A stretch of DNA of 63,526 nucleotides, filler included, from Reticulomyxa filosa (taxonomy: Eukaryota > Protista > Foraminifera): assembly GCA_000512085.1 (NCBI GenBank). It is 24 parts of 24 records of this genome, joined end to end, with 100 filler letters (N's around TTAATTAATTAA, not from the genome) between each part and the next. Parts side by side here need not be neighbours in the genome. Positions count along the whole stretch, not along the records: positions 6,669 to 14,192 come from ASPP01008794.1; positions 14,293 to 16,142 come from ASPP01047714.1; positions 16,243 to 17,248 come from ASPP01044215.1; positions 17,349 to 22,206 come from ASPP01002681.1; positions 22,307 to 25,762 come from ASPP01000759.1; 19 more parts are not named here. One strand, 5' to 3'. The notes beneath the pieces were generated by a model. The model searched no databases and was not told where the DNA came from. It saw only the letters and a program-made list of their open reading frames with translations. Made by a program: the position numbers and the translations under genes. Positions 12,093-25,762 of this stretch are shown here, one piece after another (position 1 is the first letter of the stretch; every line of letters starts with the position of its first letter).

Positions 12093-12323
12093 TGTAGGGC
12101 AAGTCCATATTATAAGTTCTGAACGTCAATGGAACGGATGAATCCACAGTATGTTAAACTTTCTCAACAACTTATTTTTTACTTTGTTACTTTCTTTACT
12201 TTAATGTGGTTATTTTATTTTATTATTTAATTCACTTTCGTTTTACGAAAACTCCTATTTTCTTTAAGTAAACACATATCGTATTACAGTTATTGCACAA
12301 ATACTATCAGCAGACGTCCCAAA
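12093..12323 (-). repeat. Right arm of long imperfect inverted repeat (pairs with 9764..9978)
   Basis: tgtagggcaagtccatattataag...gtaaacacatatcgtattacagttattgcacaaatactatcagcagacgtc. Confidence 0.9.
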
Positions 12324-13404
12324 TATTATTAACAAAAGACATTGAAGAAATTGTTGTAAGAAAGTGATTTAAATGAATCTTTGGTCATTGAGAATATATT
12401 ATCCAATGTATTAATTAAATAAATGTTTTAAATTAAATCATACGATCAAAATGAACAACAAAAAAAAGATTGACATGCAAGATTCAAGAATAAATTCTAC
12501 AAATAAGCGATAAAAACTCAAAAACAAATAAGTTTATAATATCTTTTTTCTTGTGTAATAAATACAATTGCATAAATTTTGTTTGATTAAAAAAGACAAA
12601 AGATATCAAATAAGAAGCAAAACATATACCTAAAAACCTGAAAAAGCAGAAACAGTAGAAGTTAAACTAGAAATTAACTTGCAATGTTATTGTGCAATAT
12701 TTAAATTTTTGAAACAATTAAAAAACTAAATTCAAAATCATATTTAAAAATTACACTATTCGTAGATATTTTTCAAAAAAAATTATGTCTAAATGTTATT
12801 TTTTCAGAAGAAAATCAATCATATATACAATGTGTAATTTTATGTGTCAACTTTCTTTTGCATTCTACTGTAGTATATACATTACAACTAGTCATTCCAA
12901 CGCTTCTCTTGTTGTCATAGTTATTCTTTGCAACGATGGAAAAATCAACTCACAAAGTATTATCTTTATGTTCAACATACTATGCTGTTCAGCTGTCATA
13001 CATTAGTTTTTACTGATGAATTTTCTTCATGAAGAGTTTCAACATAAGTTTATTGTTCATTAAAAAACTACAATTCTGAAAAGTATGTAAGTTCATTTAT
13101 TTGTTTTAAAGTTATTGCTAAAGCTTCTAAATATAGCTTATGATTTATCAAATGAAAAACAATGTAATTGGACATGTCGTTTTGACACAAGATAACATTC
13201 ACGTAAAAAATATTTGATATTTTCGGACACTACACAACTAAAAACAGAGAAATTTCAAAAAGGTGATCAATTTTCGTTTTTATTACGATGTATAAGTAAA
13301 AGTTACTTTTAGTTTAGGTTGGCAGTGAAGTAAACTTATTTGTGAGAAACTTGTAAGATTTTTGCGGTGCTTTTTTTTAGAACAAAACTAAAAAAATATT
13401 GGTA

Positions 13405-14113
13405 ATGTTCTCCTTGAGTTTGTTGTTATCATTTGTCATATTGAGCATTATCGGGACAAAGGCGATTGACTGTCCAAACGCGGATTGTGTGGTGAACTGT
13501 ACCAACAGCACGTGCGTCGGCCAGAAGATCAATTGTCCAGTAGGCGGTAATTCTAAAGCTTACAGCTGTACAGTTCGTTGTTTGGAGCAGCAATCGTGTT
13601 ACAACACGTCTATCGAAGCAAGCAGCGGTGTATCAACTTTACTTTTCGAAGCACTATCATATGCATCTTCCGGGGCAAGTCCGTTTTTTTTTTTTTTGAA
13701 GTTTTTTTTTAATAATGAAATATTAAAAAAAAAATGAAAAAAGTGTGAAAATCAAATGAACAAAAAAAAAAAAAAAAAGCAATACTTGTGGACGGTGCAA
13801 GTAACGTGCAAGTAGTATGCCAAGACTTGTACGCGTGCAGCTCTCTGACCTTGTCAGTGAAGAAAGCGGGGTCCGTGACGGTAATGGCGAACAGCACGAG
13901 CGTAGTTTCGACATCGTATGTGATGAATTTGGGAATAATCAGTATCAGCAACACGCAAAATGTGTCTTTGACGTGCAACGGCTTCGCTGCTTGTATGAAC
14001 GTTCAATGGACGCTTCGTGCCAATGATCGTGTGTTCTTGCAATGCAGTGGAGACAATGCTTGTTCTTACAATTACATTAACGTCAATCAATCCGCACAAG
14101 CCACGCTTCAAGG
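13405..14113 (+). CDS. Secreted/surface cysteine-rich repeat protein, 3'-partial
   Basis: Signal peptide MFSLSLLLSFVILSIIGTKA. Repeated C-x4-5-(A/S)C units spaced by beta-like stretches. GT-AG intron 13679..13779 restores the frame. Confidence 0.75.
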
Positions 14114-14929
14114 TTTTTTTTTTAATTATTAAAAAAAAAAGATATTTATAAAAAAATGATAACAATAATAATAATAATAATAATAATAATAANNNNNNNN
14201 NNNNNNNNNNNNNNNNNNNNNNNNNNNNNNNNNNNNTTAATTAATTAANNNNNNNNNNNNNNNNNNNNNNNNNNNNNNNNNNNNNNNNNNNNACCTAAAT
14301 CAAAATAGTTTAAAATAGTTGATCAAAAAAAGTAATGTGTGTTTTTTAGAGTTGCGGATTCGCGAAGCGGTTAACGTGACAACTGCGATCTTAATTGAGA
14401 ATTTTTTCTCGTTTATCAAGAGAGAAATTGTTTTTTTCCAAAATTTGCGATTATTTGATTTGTTTTTTTTATGAAACAAAACTATGCACAATTAGCAGAA
14501 CTCTATTTAGTTCAAACTAAATATCTTATTTCAAACCAAAAAATCAACAAATTTTATTTGCAAAAAACTGCTGACTTATTAATGTTACGAAATTCTTATT
14601 TTTTAACCGTCATTACAACATTCACACTTTGCCTTTGGAAATACATTCTAGCTTTTATCTAGTTATATATAAGTCAGGAAAGAATTTTTTTCTACACTCT
14701 GGTCCCCTCTAAACAATAATAACAAGCGCATGCCTTGGGTATTAAACATTTCAACTTGAAATAACTGAACTATCTTTTAATTGAATGAGTGGTATTATAG
14801 ATAGATAAATAATAATTGGCAGCTCAATTGACAAATAGAAATAAATTTCTTTTTTTAGATTTGCTCATCTGTTTTTCATACTATTCTTTAGCCACTTCCG
14901 ACACAATTCGCGGGGAATTTGATGGTATT

Positions 14930-15616
14930 AATCCTGCAGCCGACTACGTATAATCGCTCCTCTCGTTCACTTCTCTTGCAATTGAGGTGGCAATGAGGTA
15001 TATGTGTGTTTGTCATGGGTTTAAGTACTGCCGGATCAAACACCGATGTCGTAAATGACGAAAAAGAAGGAGTTGCTATATTTGCATGCGCTCCAGAAGG
15101 GATATATTGATCACCTCCAAAGCCTCCAGAGTTATCAAAGATTCTAGAGCCACCAGGGTCTCCAAAGCATCCATACCCAAAAGTACCACTTCCTCACGTT
15201 TTCTATCATGGCAGAGTTTTGTCTCGGATACGTGCCGTTTTTCATTTGCTGTTGTATCAACTGCTTTTCTTCGAGTTGTTGCATATGGATCTGCAGGGCT
15301 AGAACATATCCATCTTCAATCCTCTTTCTCCTCGTCCATTCGTTCCTTATATTTTTTTCTCTTTTGTATTGTCTAACTCTTGCGCATTTGCACTTTTTCG
15401 TTTTCTCAGAGCTAATCGGAAGTTCATTGTAGTGGCACTGAAAATTTTAATTCCTTTAACAGCGCTAGTATGTCATATTCCATTTCTTAGCATTGTTAGT
15501 GTCAACTCTTGCATTTGCAGTGCCTCCAACACTCCGTCTTTGTTGGGTTTGTTCTGCTTCAACCACTTTGCCAAGTCGTCCGACGACGCTGGCAACGCTC
15601 TATCGATTCGATTCAT
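14930..15616 (-). pseudogene. Decayed gene with possible SAM-like N-terminus and Gly-rich tail
   Basis: MNRIDRALPASSDDLAKWLKQNKPNKDGVLEALQMQELTL..., continuing only through frameshifts and stops. Confidence 0.3.
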
Positions 15617-17348
15617 TTTACTCGGTTACAACCAAATTACACGAAAATGTTACTTGATCTAGAATTGATTCCAAAATAAAAAATAAAATTTAAAGGGATC
15701 AGTAAGTCGAAAGGAGCGAAAATTTTTTTTTCCCTCATAGCTCAAACAATACAATTTTATCCCTGTCTTTTTGGTTTATTTAAATTGGTTGTACAATTCT
15801 TATTCTTTGAAGATTTTACTTTAAAAAATACTTATCAAAAAAAGCTGCATTTGTGGAAATGTCAACGGTTTGATATGCCAGAAAGTTACTTGAATTAATG
15901 GATTTTTTAAATGTAAAAATTAATAGACACAAAGTTTTGTTGCATTTGAAATTCCGCCTATTTGTTTTTTTGTTCATTTGATTGACAGTTGTGCTTCTCT
16001 TTGTCGACGTATTTTTTTGTTTATTTGTTTTAAAATAAAAATTAATAAAGAAAAATTGAATGACAAAGCAGATAACGACAATGATGAAGAAAAAGATTAT
16101 TATTATAAGATCATGAATCCATTGGTATTATTAACAGGAGCTNNNNNNNNNNNNNNNNNNNNNNNNNNNNNNNNNNNNNNNNNNNNTTAATTAATTAANN
16201 NNNNNNNNNNNNNNNNNNNNNNNNNNNNNNNNNNNNNNNNNNAGAAAATCGATTCTCTTCATATAGTGCCATTTAGGTATGGCAATTTTTTTTGAAATCT
16301 ACTGTAATTATCCATATACAACAATAGTTATTAAAAAAAAAGTGAAAAGCAAATCATTTCAAGATTTACAAATAAAATAAATCAATAAAGAGTTGATGGA
16401 TGTTTGGGAATAACGTATTGCAAAATATATGTTAAAAAGAGTTGGTGATAACAAATATCAATTTTTGCATAAGCCAGATTAAGGATATTATTCTGCACAA
16501 AAAATAATATTTGATATGCCCAACAATGTTACTATTAACAATTTAAAGTACATATTCGACAATTATCTATCAATTGCAAATAATCAAAAAAACTGGAATT
16601 ATTTTAAACAAAAACATTATATCCGTTTTTCATGTTTTTGAAAAATTGATAAAAATTATTCTCAACAGGATGTACATTTAAGATATTTGAAAGTTAATTT
16701 AATAATAAATATGCTCATGAAATGTCAAATGAAAACTTATTAGCTCTGTTGTCATCCAAAATACACTCTTTCATTATGTAATTATAGAATTTTCGTTTCT
16801 TTAAATGCTTTAGACTAAGTTAAATATATCGTTAAATAACTTAACATATTTAAAAATAAAGTCATACATTTGTCGTTTTCAATAATATTCTTACATTATC
16901 AATGTTCCATCTGCAGTAATTCACAATTGGATAAAATATTTTTTCAAAGTACATTTATTGATCAAAGAACTGTTCTCACTTTGCTGTTTGCCTTTCAAAT
17001 TTAGGACACCTTTTCTCTTTCTTATATCTATTGTTGTATTCTTTCAAAAGATTTCAAAATATCACGTGTTCTTCAAAACAAAAAAGAAATATATGATGAA
17101 TTACTACAAAAACAATCGTGTTTCATTCTATACAAAAGATACAATACTTGAAATATCTTGCAATTTATTTGATATTTGAATACAATTATTATGTATTACA
17201 ATTTTTAATTCTTCAAAAAAAAATTGAACGAAGATTTTTCAATTTTTTNNNNNNNNNNNNNNNNNNNNNNNNNNNNNNNNNNNNNNNNNNNNTTAATTAA
17301 TTAANNNNNNNNNNNNNNNNNNNNNNNNNNNNNNNNNNNNNNNNNNNN

Positions 17349-17827
17349 GTGCTTTTCTATTTGCTTCGTTCCATTCATTACTTTCATCAACTTCAATTAT
17401 TTTATCTTTGGGACTTTTATTAGTGTAATCAATTTTATTTTGCAAATTGTCTTTCGTAATTTTATGGCATTCCTTTTCTTTTTCGTCTTTTAAATTTTCT
17501 TTGTCAACACCACCATCTATTTTATCAATCAATTTTTTTTATTTTAAATAAATTAGTATTATATAGAGAAACAAAACTGTGAATGGATCGAACAAAAAAT
17601 GAAACAGGTTGCATTTTGAATTTAGCTTCTAATTGTTGATGACCGCTATTTTTTTTATCAATATTGCCAGCCATTTTAAAACGGGATATAGCGTTTCTTG
17701 TTTTATTGTTGCCAGTGGTAACGTTAACAGTCTTCACCAGATTTGTTTCCAGTCTGTTTAAGTTCAGAGAGGTAAATTTCATTTCAGGCAGCTTTTTTCC
17801 AAGAAAAATAAAATTTTTGTGAGACAT
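17349..17827 (-). CDS. Hypothetical protein fragment (two probable exons), truncated at contig end
   Basis: Consecutive coding-like ORFs 17525..17827 and 17349..17532 (…SNEWNEANRKA). Confidence 0.3.
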
Positions 17828-18578
17828 TCTTTAGTCAGCTATGTGAATTTAAAAAAAGTTTTGTGTTATTTAACCCTTTTAGATTTTTTTCGTCTTTTTT
17901 GTTGAAAAAAACGGCAAGAGGTGTTATATAGTTTAAAAACTTATTTTCAAAAAGTTATTGTTAAGAATAGAAAAAATAGCCGAAATTCATAATACAACAA
18001 AAAATCTGTTTGATTTTTTTGTTTTTTAAAAAAATTTCTATCAAAAAATAATATTTGTTCGGTCTTCTTTTTCTCCATTTTTATAGCTGACAATTCTTCC
18101 TCACTCTCTCTTACCACAAAATCATGATAACACAAAGCAAAAGAAATGTGCACGTCAGTATGAGTAACGCATTGAAATGTACCCAAATTGAATATATTCT
18201 TATTCTTTGGACGATATATGATGAACAACAAATGTTTTTTACGAAAAAACAAGATTAAACCAAAAAAAATTTTCTTTAAAGAATAATATCTACGAATCGT
18301 GCATTTTTGAAGATTATTTAAATTATAAAAATTAAATTCAAAAATTATTTAATATATAATTCTATATAGAAATGTATATGCTAGATTTCCTCTTTAAAAA
18401 AATGCTATTGTTTTTTCTTATATCTTAATTTTTTTTTTTGCATATTTTTTACGATAATTATTATGTTTTAATAACAACAGCTTGACGTAGTTGCTTTTGA
18501 AACGACAAATACTTATTAAAAGTTTTACAGTTAAAACTTTCGAAACTTTGACGCTTTTTTATTAAAAGAAAAATGATA

Positions 18579-19948
18579 CTAGCCCCAAATACGAATATTG
18601 CCATTATATAAGCCATAACACAGATTAATACCACAACCACTACTATCACTGCTGTTCATTTTTTTTTTAACTTAAGAAATTTAAAACATGATATTGTATT
18701 GTATGTATCATCATCTCCTTTGATCACGTGCAATTCTTCTTTATTTGATCGAATATCCCAAAAACGAATTGTATTATCCAATGACCCAGAACATATCACA
18801 CTTGAACTGTCACCAACGTCAATACTATCTACTACAAATGGTGAATATTCAACACATGTAACATAAAGTGTATGTCCATTAAATATTTGAATTTGATGTC
18901 CAGATCGCCTATCCCACAAACGTACGCTTTTATCTTTTGATCCAGATAATATTGTATTTGCACAACCATTAGTTCCTAATTTATTTAGTCCATATTTTAC
19001 ACTATTTACATGATGTCCATGTCCTTTGAAAATAACAAATTGCTTATTTGTTTCAATATCCCATATTCGAATAGTGTTATCAAAAGATCCAGAGCAAATA
19101 GTATATCCATTACCACCAATCACGCCAACACTATTACTTTCATTGTTATTGCTTTGTAATGGTGAAAAATCAACACATCTAACAGCATTTGTGTGTCCAT
19201 AGAAAGTATGTAATGATTTCGATGTTTCAACATCCCATAAACGAATAGTTTCATCACGAGATCCAGAACACAAATATCGACCACCATTAAATGATGAAAA
19301 TTCAATATTAAACACTGTATTGTGTTCACTGAATAACTTTAATTGTTTATTGTCTTTGAAATCCCAGAAGCGAATGGTGCTGTCACTTGATGAAGAGCAA
19401 ATTACATTATGGCGATTACTGTGATAATGGTATTGTGAAAATTTCACACAAAATACGGAACCTGAATGTCCATTGATTAACTGAGTTTGTTTGTTTGTCT
19501 CTATATCCCATACACGAATTGTTTTATCATCTGATCCAGAACAAATAAATTGACCATCATCACATGCTAAATAATCAATGCTATGTACACAAATAGTGTG
19601 TTCGTCAAATATTTTAATGAATTTGAATGATGTGCAAAACTTGTCAAACAGTAATAAGTTAGTTGCCTGTGTTAAATCATAAATAACAACAAATGTATTG
19701 ATTATGATTGAATAAAAAAACAAAAAAAAATCTAACATAATTGACAACAAGTTTGTCAAAATCATATATCCATCCTAGTTTAATGTTCAATATTCGAACC
19801 CAATGTTGAACAACTAGCTCGATCTCTTCTTCTTCTAACTAATTCACAATCAAAACATAAAGACAATTAGTTTTCTGAAGGATAAGAAGATGAAGCCTAC
19901 CAATGTTAATTGTGTCAAAGTTTGTTTTTCATTGCCAAGCGTAGTCAT
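18579..19948 (-). CDS. WD40-repeat protein (lineage-expanded family)
   Basis: At least 6 repeats of GH...ICSGSxDxTIRxWD. Two short 5' exons (MTTLGNEK...; ...IKLGWIYDFDKLVVNY). The C-terminus 'NLCYGLYNGNIRIWG*' is reached after a frameshift in the poly-A run at ~18660. Confidence 0.92.
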
Positions 19949-21591
19949 TGTTTCAATTTTTTTGATATAGTTTTTGACGAAGATAAAAAAAAAATGGTGA
20001 ACTTTTTTCTCAAGACCAACGAAGTACTATCAAAAGGTAAGCCGATATTTGAGTTTGTACTACAATTGAATTGAGATATTCAAATAATTTACTTTTATTA
20101 GTGCATCTTTTTTACGTTATTCTTACATGTATTGATTAAAAAAAAACTGAAAAAACTACAGAACTGTGTAACTTTGCTATTGAAAATGATAACTTAATTC
20201 AATTACACAAAATGAAGGAGTTTTTTTCATAAGAAAGAAGACTCGAAGGGGAAAATACACAGCAAAAATGAAAGAATTAAAAACAATAAAACTATAGAAG
20301 GCATCAAAATTGAGTTCACAAAAATATTTAATAAGAGAAGTGCCTAAAACATATTGATCGCTTGACTTATGGGAAGTGAACTTTTTCATTTAATTCAAAC
20401 AAAAAGGAGAAGATTGTTATTTTTCAAAAAGAATTCTAGATACAAAATTTGCGTTCACTTTGTGAGTACCTAGCAGGAAAAAGGGGCCGAATTATTTGCT
20501 CACAAAAAATTGTCACAATGCGAATGGAAATCTTGTGAGTATAAAATTGGTCAATGTTTGGATTTGGATTAGTTGTTGAAATATTAATTTCGTGGCAACT
20601 TATCTTTTTTTTTGCGATTTCTCTTTTTTCTTCGTTATAAAACTGAATACACCCAGCAACGAATTTAAAAAATTGAAGCAAGAAATACAAAATAAAGTAA
20701 TCCACATTCAATGTCTATTTAATGTGCATTATCGATCATTAAGCTTCTCCAAAACTTTAATTGGTATAGTTGACTATTCGGCATTCATCGGATGATAATA
20801 CAATTTGTGTTAAACATTTTTTCAAAATTAAAACAATTTGGGTAATGTTCCTTCACGGCTGACGTAATATGAAATCATTTCGAGAGTACAATGACCGGTC
20901 CAAACGGGTACCCTTTTTTTAAAACTTATTTGTCTTTTTCACTTTCATTTTTGCTTATTTTTCCTTTTTTAATTGTTTTTATTGAAATTTGCTCAAAATA
21001 ACTTACTTATATTACACTTACAATCCCAGTCTTTTTGTCCGTATTTTTCACATACTATTGTTTAAAAAAATGTCATCAACAACTTCACCAAGCATTTTAT
21101 AATTTTGTGCAATTCGAAATCGATTACGGTATTTAAAAATACTATTGGTTAGAAAAGAACACATATTTTTTTAATATGCAATTGTGACTTAGGAAGAATT
21201 AAAATGAATCGAAAATAGACAATAGTCACTAAAAGGTAATTTTTAAGATGAGATTGGGTGATTGCTGATAATTAACCTTTCTTAATTATCTTTTTTTTTT
21301 TTTTGGATAAAATCTGTTTTGAAATGCAATAAACCTACTCTTTTGGAGCATGAGTAAGTGATACTACACATGGTAAGCAGCAAAATCAAATTAATTTTTT
21401 TTCCTTCGAAAAGCACATCCATATAACTGATGAAATGGGTTGTGTCAACAATAAAAGTACTGTGTTTAAAAATTGTGGTCTCCATCTTGAGTCCGTTTTT
21501 TTTTTTTTTGAAATATATAACGTGTAAACGAAATAAACAAAACTATCAAATAATCAAGGAAAAACACCACTTGTAGGGATGCTTTAAACTA

Positions 21592-21990
21592 TTAAAAAGG
21601 TGTGAAGAAAAAGGAAGATATTACTATTATCAATAGTAATTTTTCAAACACTTTCTGGAGTGGTAATAAAACAGCCTGTGTATCTCTGTGATTTTCAGGT
21701 CCGACAGTGCTAGTTTGATCTTGAGGATTGGTTGACAAAGAAACGACCGACGCCGCATCATTTGGTGTGTCCAAAGTTGGTTGGGTCGGTTTTTTGTACA
21801 AATCAGATTGAATGCTGTCCTCTCGAGCGTCTTTTGCTGGGACTTGGTCTGTCTTTATGGGGTCGTCACTAGAAGGGGACTCGGCCGAGTTTTGGTCAGT
21901 GTTTACACCGTTGTCTTTTTGCGAATACATATCTTCTGCACTGCTGCTTTCCTCTCTCGCTTCAGTGTTGGGATCACCTTTCTTTTCACT
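21592..21990 (-). pseudogene. Low-complexity acidic/Ser-rich coding-like fragment
   Basis: Higher-GC open frame of ~130 codons in AT-rich surroundings. No domain recognised. Confidence 0.25.
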
Positions 21991-23035
21991 CTGTTATTTT
22001 TATATTGCCATTTTTTATCAAAAGTAATGTGCTTAAACACAGCAGGCCAATAAAAACAAACAAACCAAAATATCAACAAAAAAATAACGACAACAAGAAA
22101 TGTGCAAAATTTTACCAGAATTGCTGGCGTTTCGCTGTATACGTCAATACTTATCCTTATGTTATTATTATTATTATTGTTATTATTATTATTATTATTA
22201 TTATTANNNNNNNNNNNNNNNNNNNNNNNNNNNNNNNNNNNNNNNNNNNNTTAATTAATTAANNNNNNNNNNNNNNNNNNNNNNNNNNNNNNNNNNNNNN
22301 NNNNNNAAAACCCACAACTTTCTATGCTAAAGCTTTAAAAAAGAAAGAGTTATAAAGTAAAAACATCAATAACCGCAACTAATTTCACTGAATTTAAATT
22401 TGTTTTGTTTGGTTAAAATACTGATAATTGCAAACAAATTTTTGATTTAGAACAAACAGCACAAGAAATTATTAGTTTTCATTTCAAAAACTTTTCTGAA
22501 TTATAATCCTATCATTTTTTTTAAATTATAACCAAAAAAGAGGGTAATAGTTTAGAATTTTGCAATAAAAAATTTTTAATAATGTTCCTTTTGCAATCTC
22601 AATAATTTTTTCCTGTTATATTGTTTGTGTGTTATAATAATATAAAATATATATTTATTTAAGACATCAACAAATTTCTTTTGTGTTGACAACACTAAAT
22701 TGTATTATAAGTCAATAATAGCACGATATAATTTATTATCAATATTACAAACTTTTTTATTAATTATGATGAATGTGTAATAGAATGTAAATAGATTAAT
22801 ATATTTAATTATACAATTTGATATTGTAGTTTATGTGTCATTATTTTTTGAAAAAATTGAATTAGTTTTCTGGTACAGAGAAAGATTTGTAAGTAACAAA
22901 TCGTGATGTGGTTTTCAAATGAAATAAATTCGGATATGCAAACTTTTTTTCAATAGTTCATCAATTAATTTCATATAATAATAACACTTAATACAAAAAA
23001 AAACACATTAAGTTGATGGTTGTTTTTGGAATCGA

Positions 23036-24962
23036 TCAATAGTAAGTTTTGCTGCATGCAACACAGAATCTTGCAAACCAAAAATCTTCAATTGCACCAC
23101 ATAATTTAATTCGAATGGTGATTCCAATTAGGCCAAATTCTTGACGCAAAAGCCTTTGAACTTTATAAAAGTAATAATCACTAATCAAGCGACTCCCACA
23201 AAAGCCAACAAAGGAAGGAGGACGAATTGTATATTATGTAATGTAACGTACTTTGGGATATACGTAATTGATGAACTGTCTATGTCAACGAACAATGCGA
23301 ACAAAAGGGAGAGTGGATAAAGTTTTTTGCATTTCGTAAATAAATCGATCGAGAATGAGCGTTGGAATTCTTGAACTCCATTTTTTGTGAATATCGATGA
23401 CACGTTCTAACAGATGATTGATACCCTTTTTGTAATGACAATTGGCAGTCCATATATTTCTTTGAACATATAAGGTAAGGTATGTTTTAACAAGGTGAGT
23501 ATTTCGCGATGTCTTTTGATCATTTGATCCCATTTGTTGATTACGAATACATACCCTTTTCCATCATTTATCACATATTTCACAATTTGGCGATCAAACT
23601 CATTTATCAAAGTTTTCGCGATACGACCTGCTATATTATGAAAGTTCTTTCCAACTTTTCCCACTTGATAGTCTTTCAATATAGAGGATTCCGAGTATTA
23701 CATCACTTATTATTTAATATTTAACATAACATACACAATGAATTTAATATTCTCTCAGTACGAGAGTAAATAAATAAATAATATATACATAATATGTAAA
23801 TATTTTGATATAACAGTTAACCATCTTCATTTAGACCAATGGTGGAATCTTTTTTGTTGTCTTCATCCACATAATTAAGAAAAAACTGCTTGCTCTTTCG
23901 TCGATGGTGTCCAAGACATCAGGGTTGATGTTGACAACGATGGCACATACATTGCTATGACGGATAGAGCGAAGGCATTCTTTCATAGTGAGAAGGCTCA
24001 ACTTTGTCGCTTGGTTTCTTCGCACATATTCGCTTCGACGAGTTCCGAGAATATCCTCCGTGTCAATCAGTCAAAACGAGGTTTGCGTGTGATCATACAT
24101 CATTGGGACGGTGGTTCTATCTCGAGTGATGCCCGGCATATCTGCGACCAAGCAGTGATCTTCGCCCAATATGACATTCATCAAAGAGGACTTACCAGTA
24201 TTGGGTTGTCCGATAATACACAATCGTAATTCAAAGTCTTTGGCAATGACATCATTATTATTATTATTAAAAAAGTCATTGTTGTTCATAGCCTGCCATT
24301 TGTTCATATTGCTCCATTTCCTATTTCGTTACTTCCGCAATATCACCATCGTCTTTGGGAACTGTCGATTTCAATATCTTGAATTCCATATTTGCAAACA
24401 GATCTGTATTATCCATCCCATAATATTTTGAATCACTCCAATCAATCGATGCGAAATTCTTTTCTTTATTGTCTTCATTTGGATCGAATTCCAATTGTAC
24501 TATCATCTGTTCATCGTCACCACCATTGTTATTGTTATTATTATTGTCATTATCATTACCATTATCACTGTCATTGATCTAATATGTACTTTGTACTATC
24601 ATTGCCTTCATCCATGCAAGCTTTTGTTCGATGTCGTTGGTACTCTTTTACTACTTTCTTCTGCTCATGTGGCTGTTGAGATAATTTCTGTTGCAATTCT
24701 CGCAGCGACAGATATTTCCAATGTTTGGAATCAGCATTATCATTGAGCGATTGTTTTTTGATAAGTCTTTGTTTCATAACATCCCAAGGGTCTGTGTCAA
24801 TGGCCGCATTAATGGAAGAAAACGTATCATCCACATTGATAGACCGACACAAGTCCAGTTGCTTAAATGCATCGTCCAATTCATGAAATAAATCAACAAA
24901 TCCATTCTCGGTTACCGCCGCGCACACCACAACTTCTCACAAGCCTAGTTCATAGACTTGGC
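23036..24962 (-). pseudogene. der: EngA/Der-like double GTPase (end of G-domain 1, linker, G-domain 2, KH-like C-terminus), disrupted
   Basis: Motifs '[35 protein letters not shown]', 'VINKWD', 'HKKWSSRIPT', 'KVRYIT', 'RPPSF' and 'RLLRQEFGLIGITIRI'. Several frameshifts and in-frame stops. Confidence 0.8.
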
Positions 24963-25179
24963 TTCAAACCCCCAACAAATACAAATACAAATATATGCAT
25001 ATATGTATATATGTTAAAATGATAACAACAATGCTGCAATCACGTCGATTTATCCTATCTTCACTTACAACTTCTTTTTGTTATTATCATACAATGAAAA
25101 TAACTGTATTAAAAAAAAACAATATAAGTGAACTATTTACCATTTGATTTAACTAGCCACTTTCCATGATAACCATATT

Positions 25180-25762
25180 GCCATCATAACCATATTGCCA
25201 ACAACTTGTGCCATACCATTAACTTATACAAATAAATAAAAAATAATAACTTAACAATACAATAATAATAACAAAACCATGATAACAACAGCAACAATAA
25301 TAACAGCAGCAATAACAAAACCAAATAACAATAACAAACCAAGCTACGATAACAACGGCAACAATAACAAAACCAAACCACAATAACAAAACCAGCAACA
25401 ATAAAACCACCACAATAACAACAGCATCAATAACAAAACCATCAACAATAAAACCACCACAATAACAACAACAGCAATAACAACACCAAACCACAATAAC
25501 GCCACCACAATAACAACATCAGCAATAACAAAACCATAATAACAACAGCAACGATAACAACAGCAACAAAAATACCACCACAATAATAACAGCAACAATA
25601 ACAACATCAGCAATAACAAACCAAACCACAACAAAAACAATAACAAAACCAAACCGCAATAACAACAGCAACAATAACAACAGCAGCAATAACAATAGCA
25701 CAATAACACCACCACAATAACAACCAACCACAATAACGACAGCAACAATAACACCACAATGA
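25180..25762. repeat. Degenerate AAC/AAT/AAACC low-complexity tandem repeat
   Basis: Recurrent units such as caataacaaaaccaaacc and caataacaacagcag, running to the contig end. Confidence 0.85.

Noticed and set aside
25184-25757. Cys/Leu/Val-rich ORFs on the minus strand
   Set aside because: They are translations of a low-complexity repeat.
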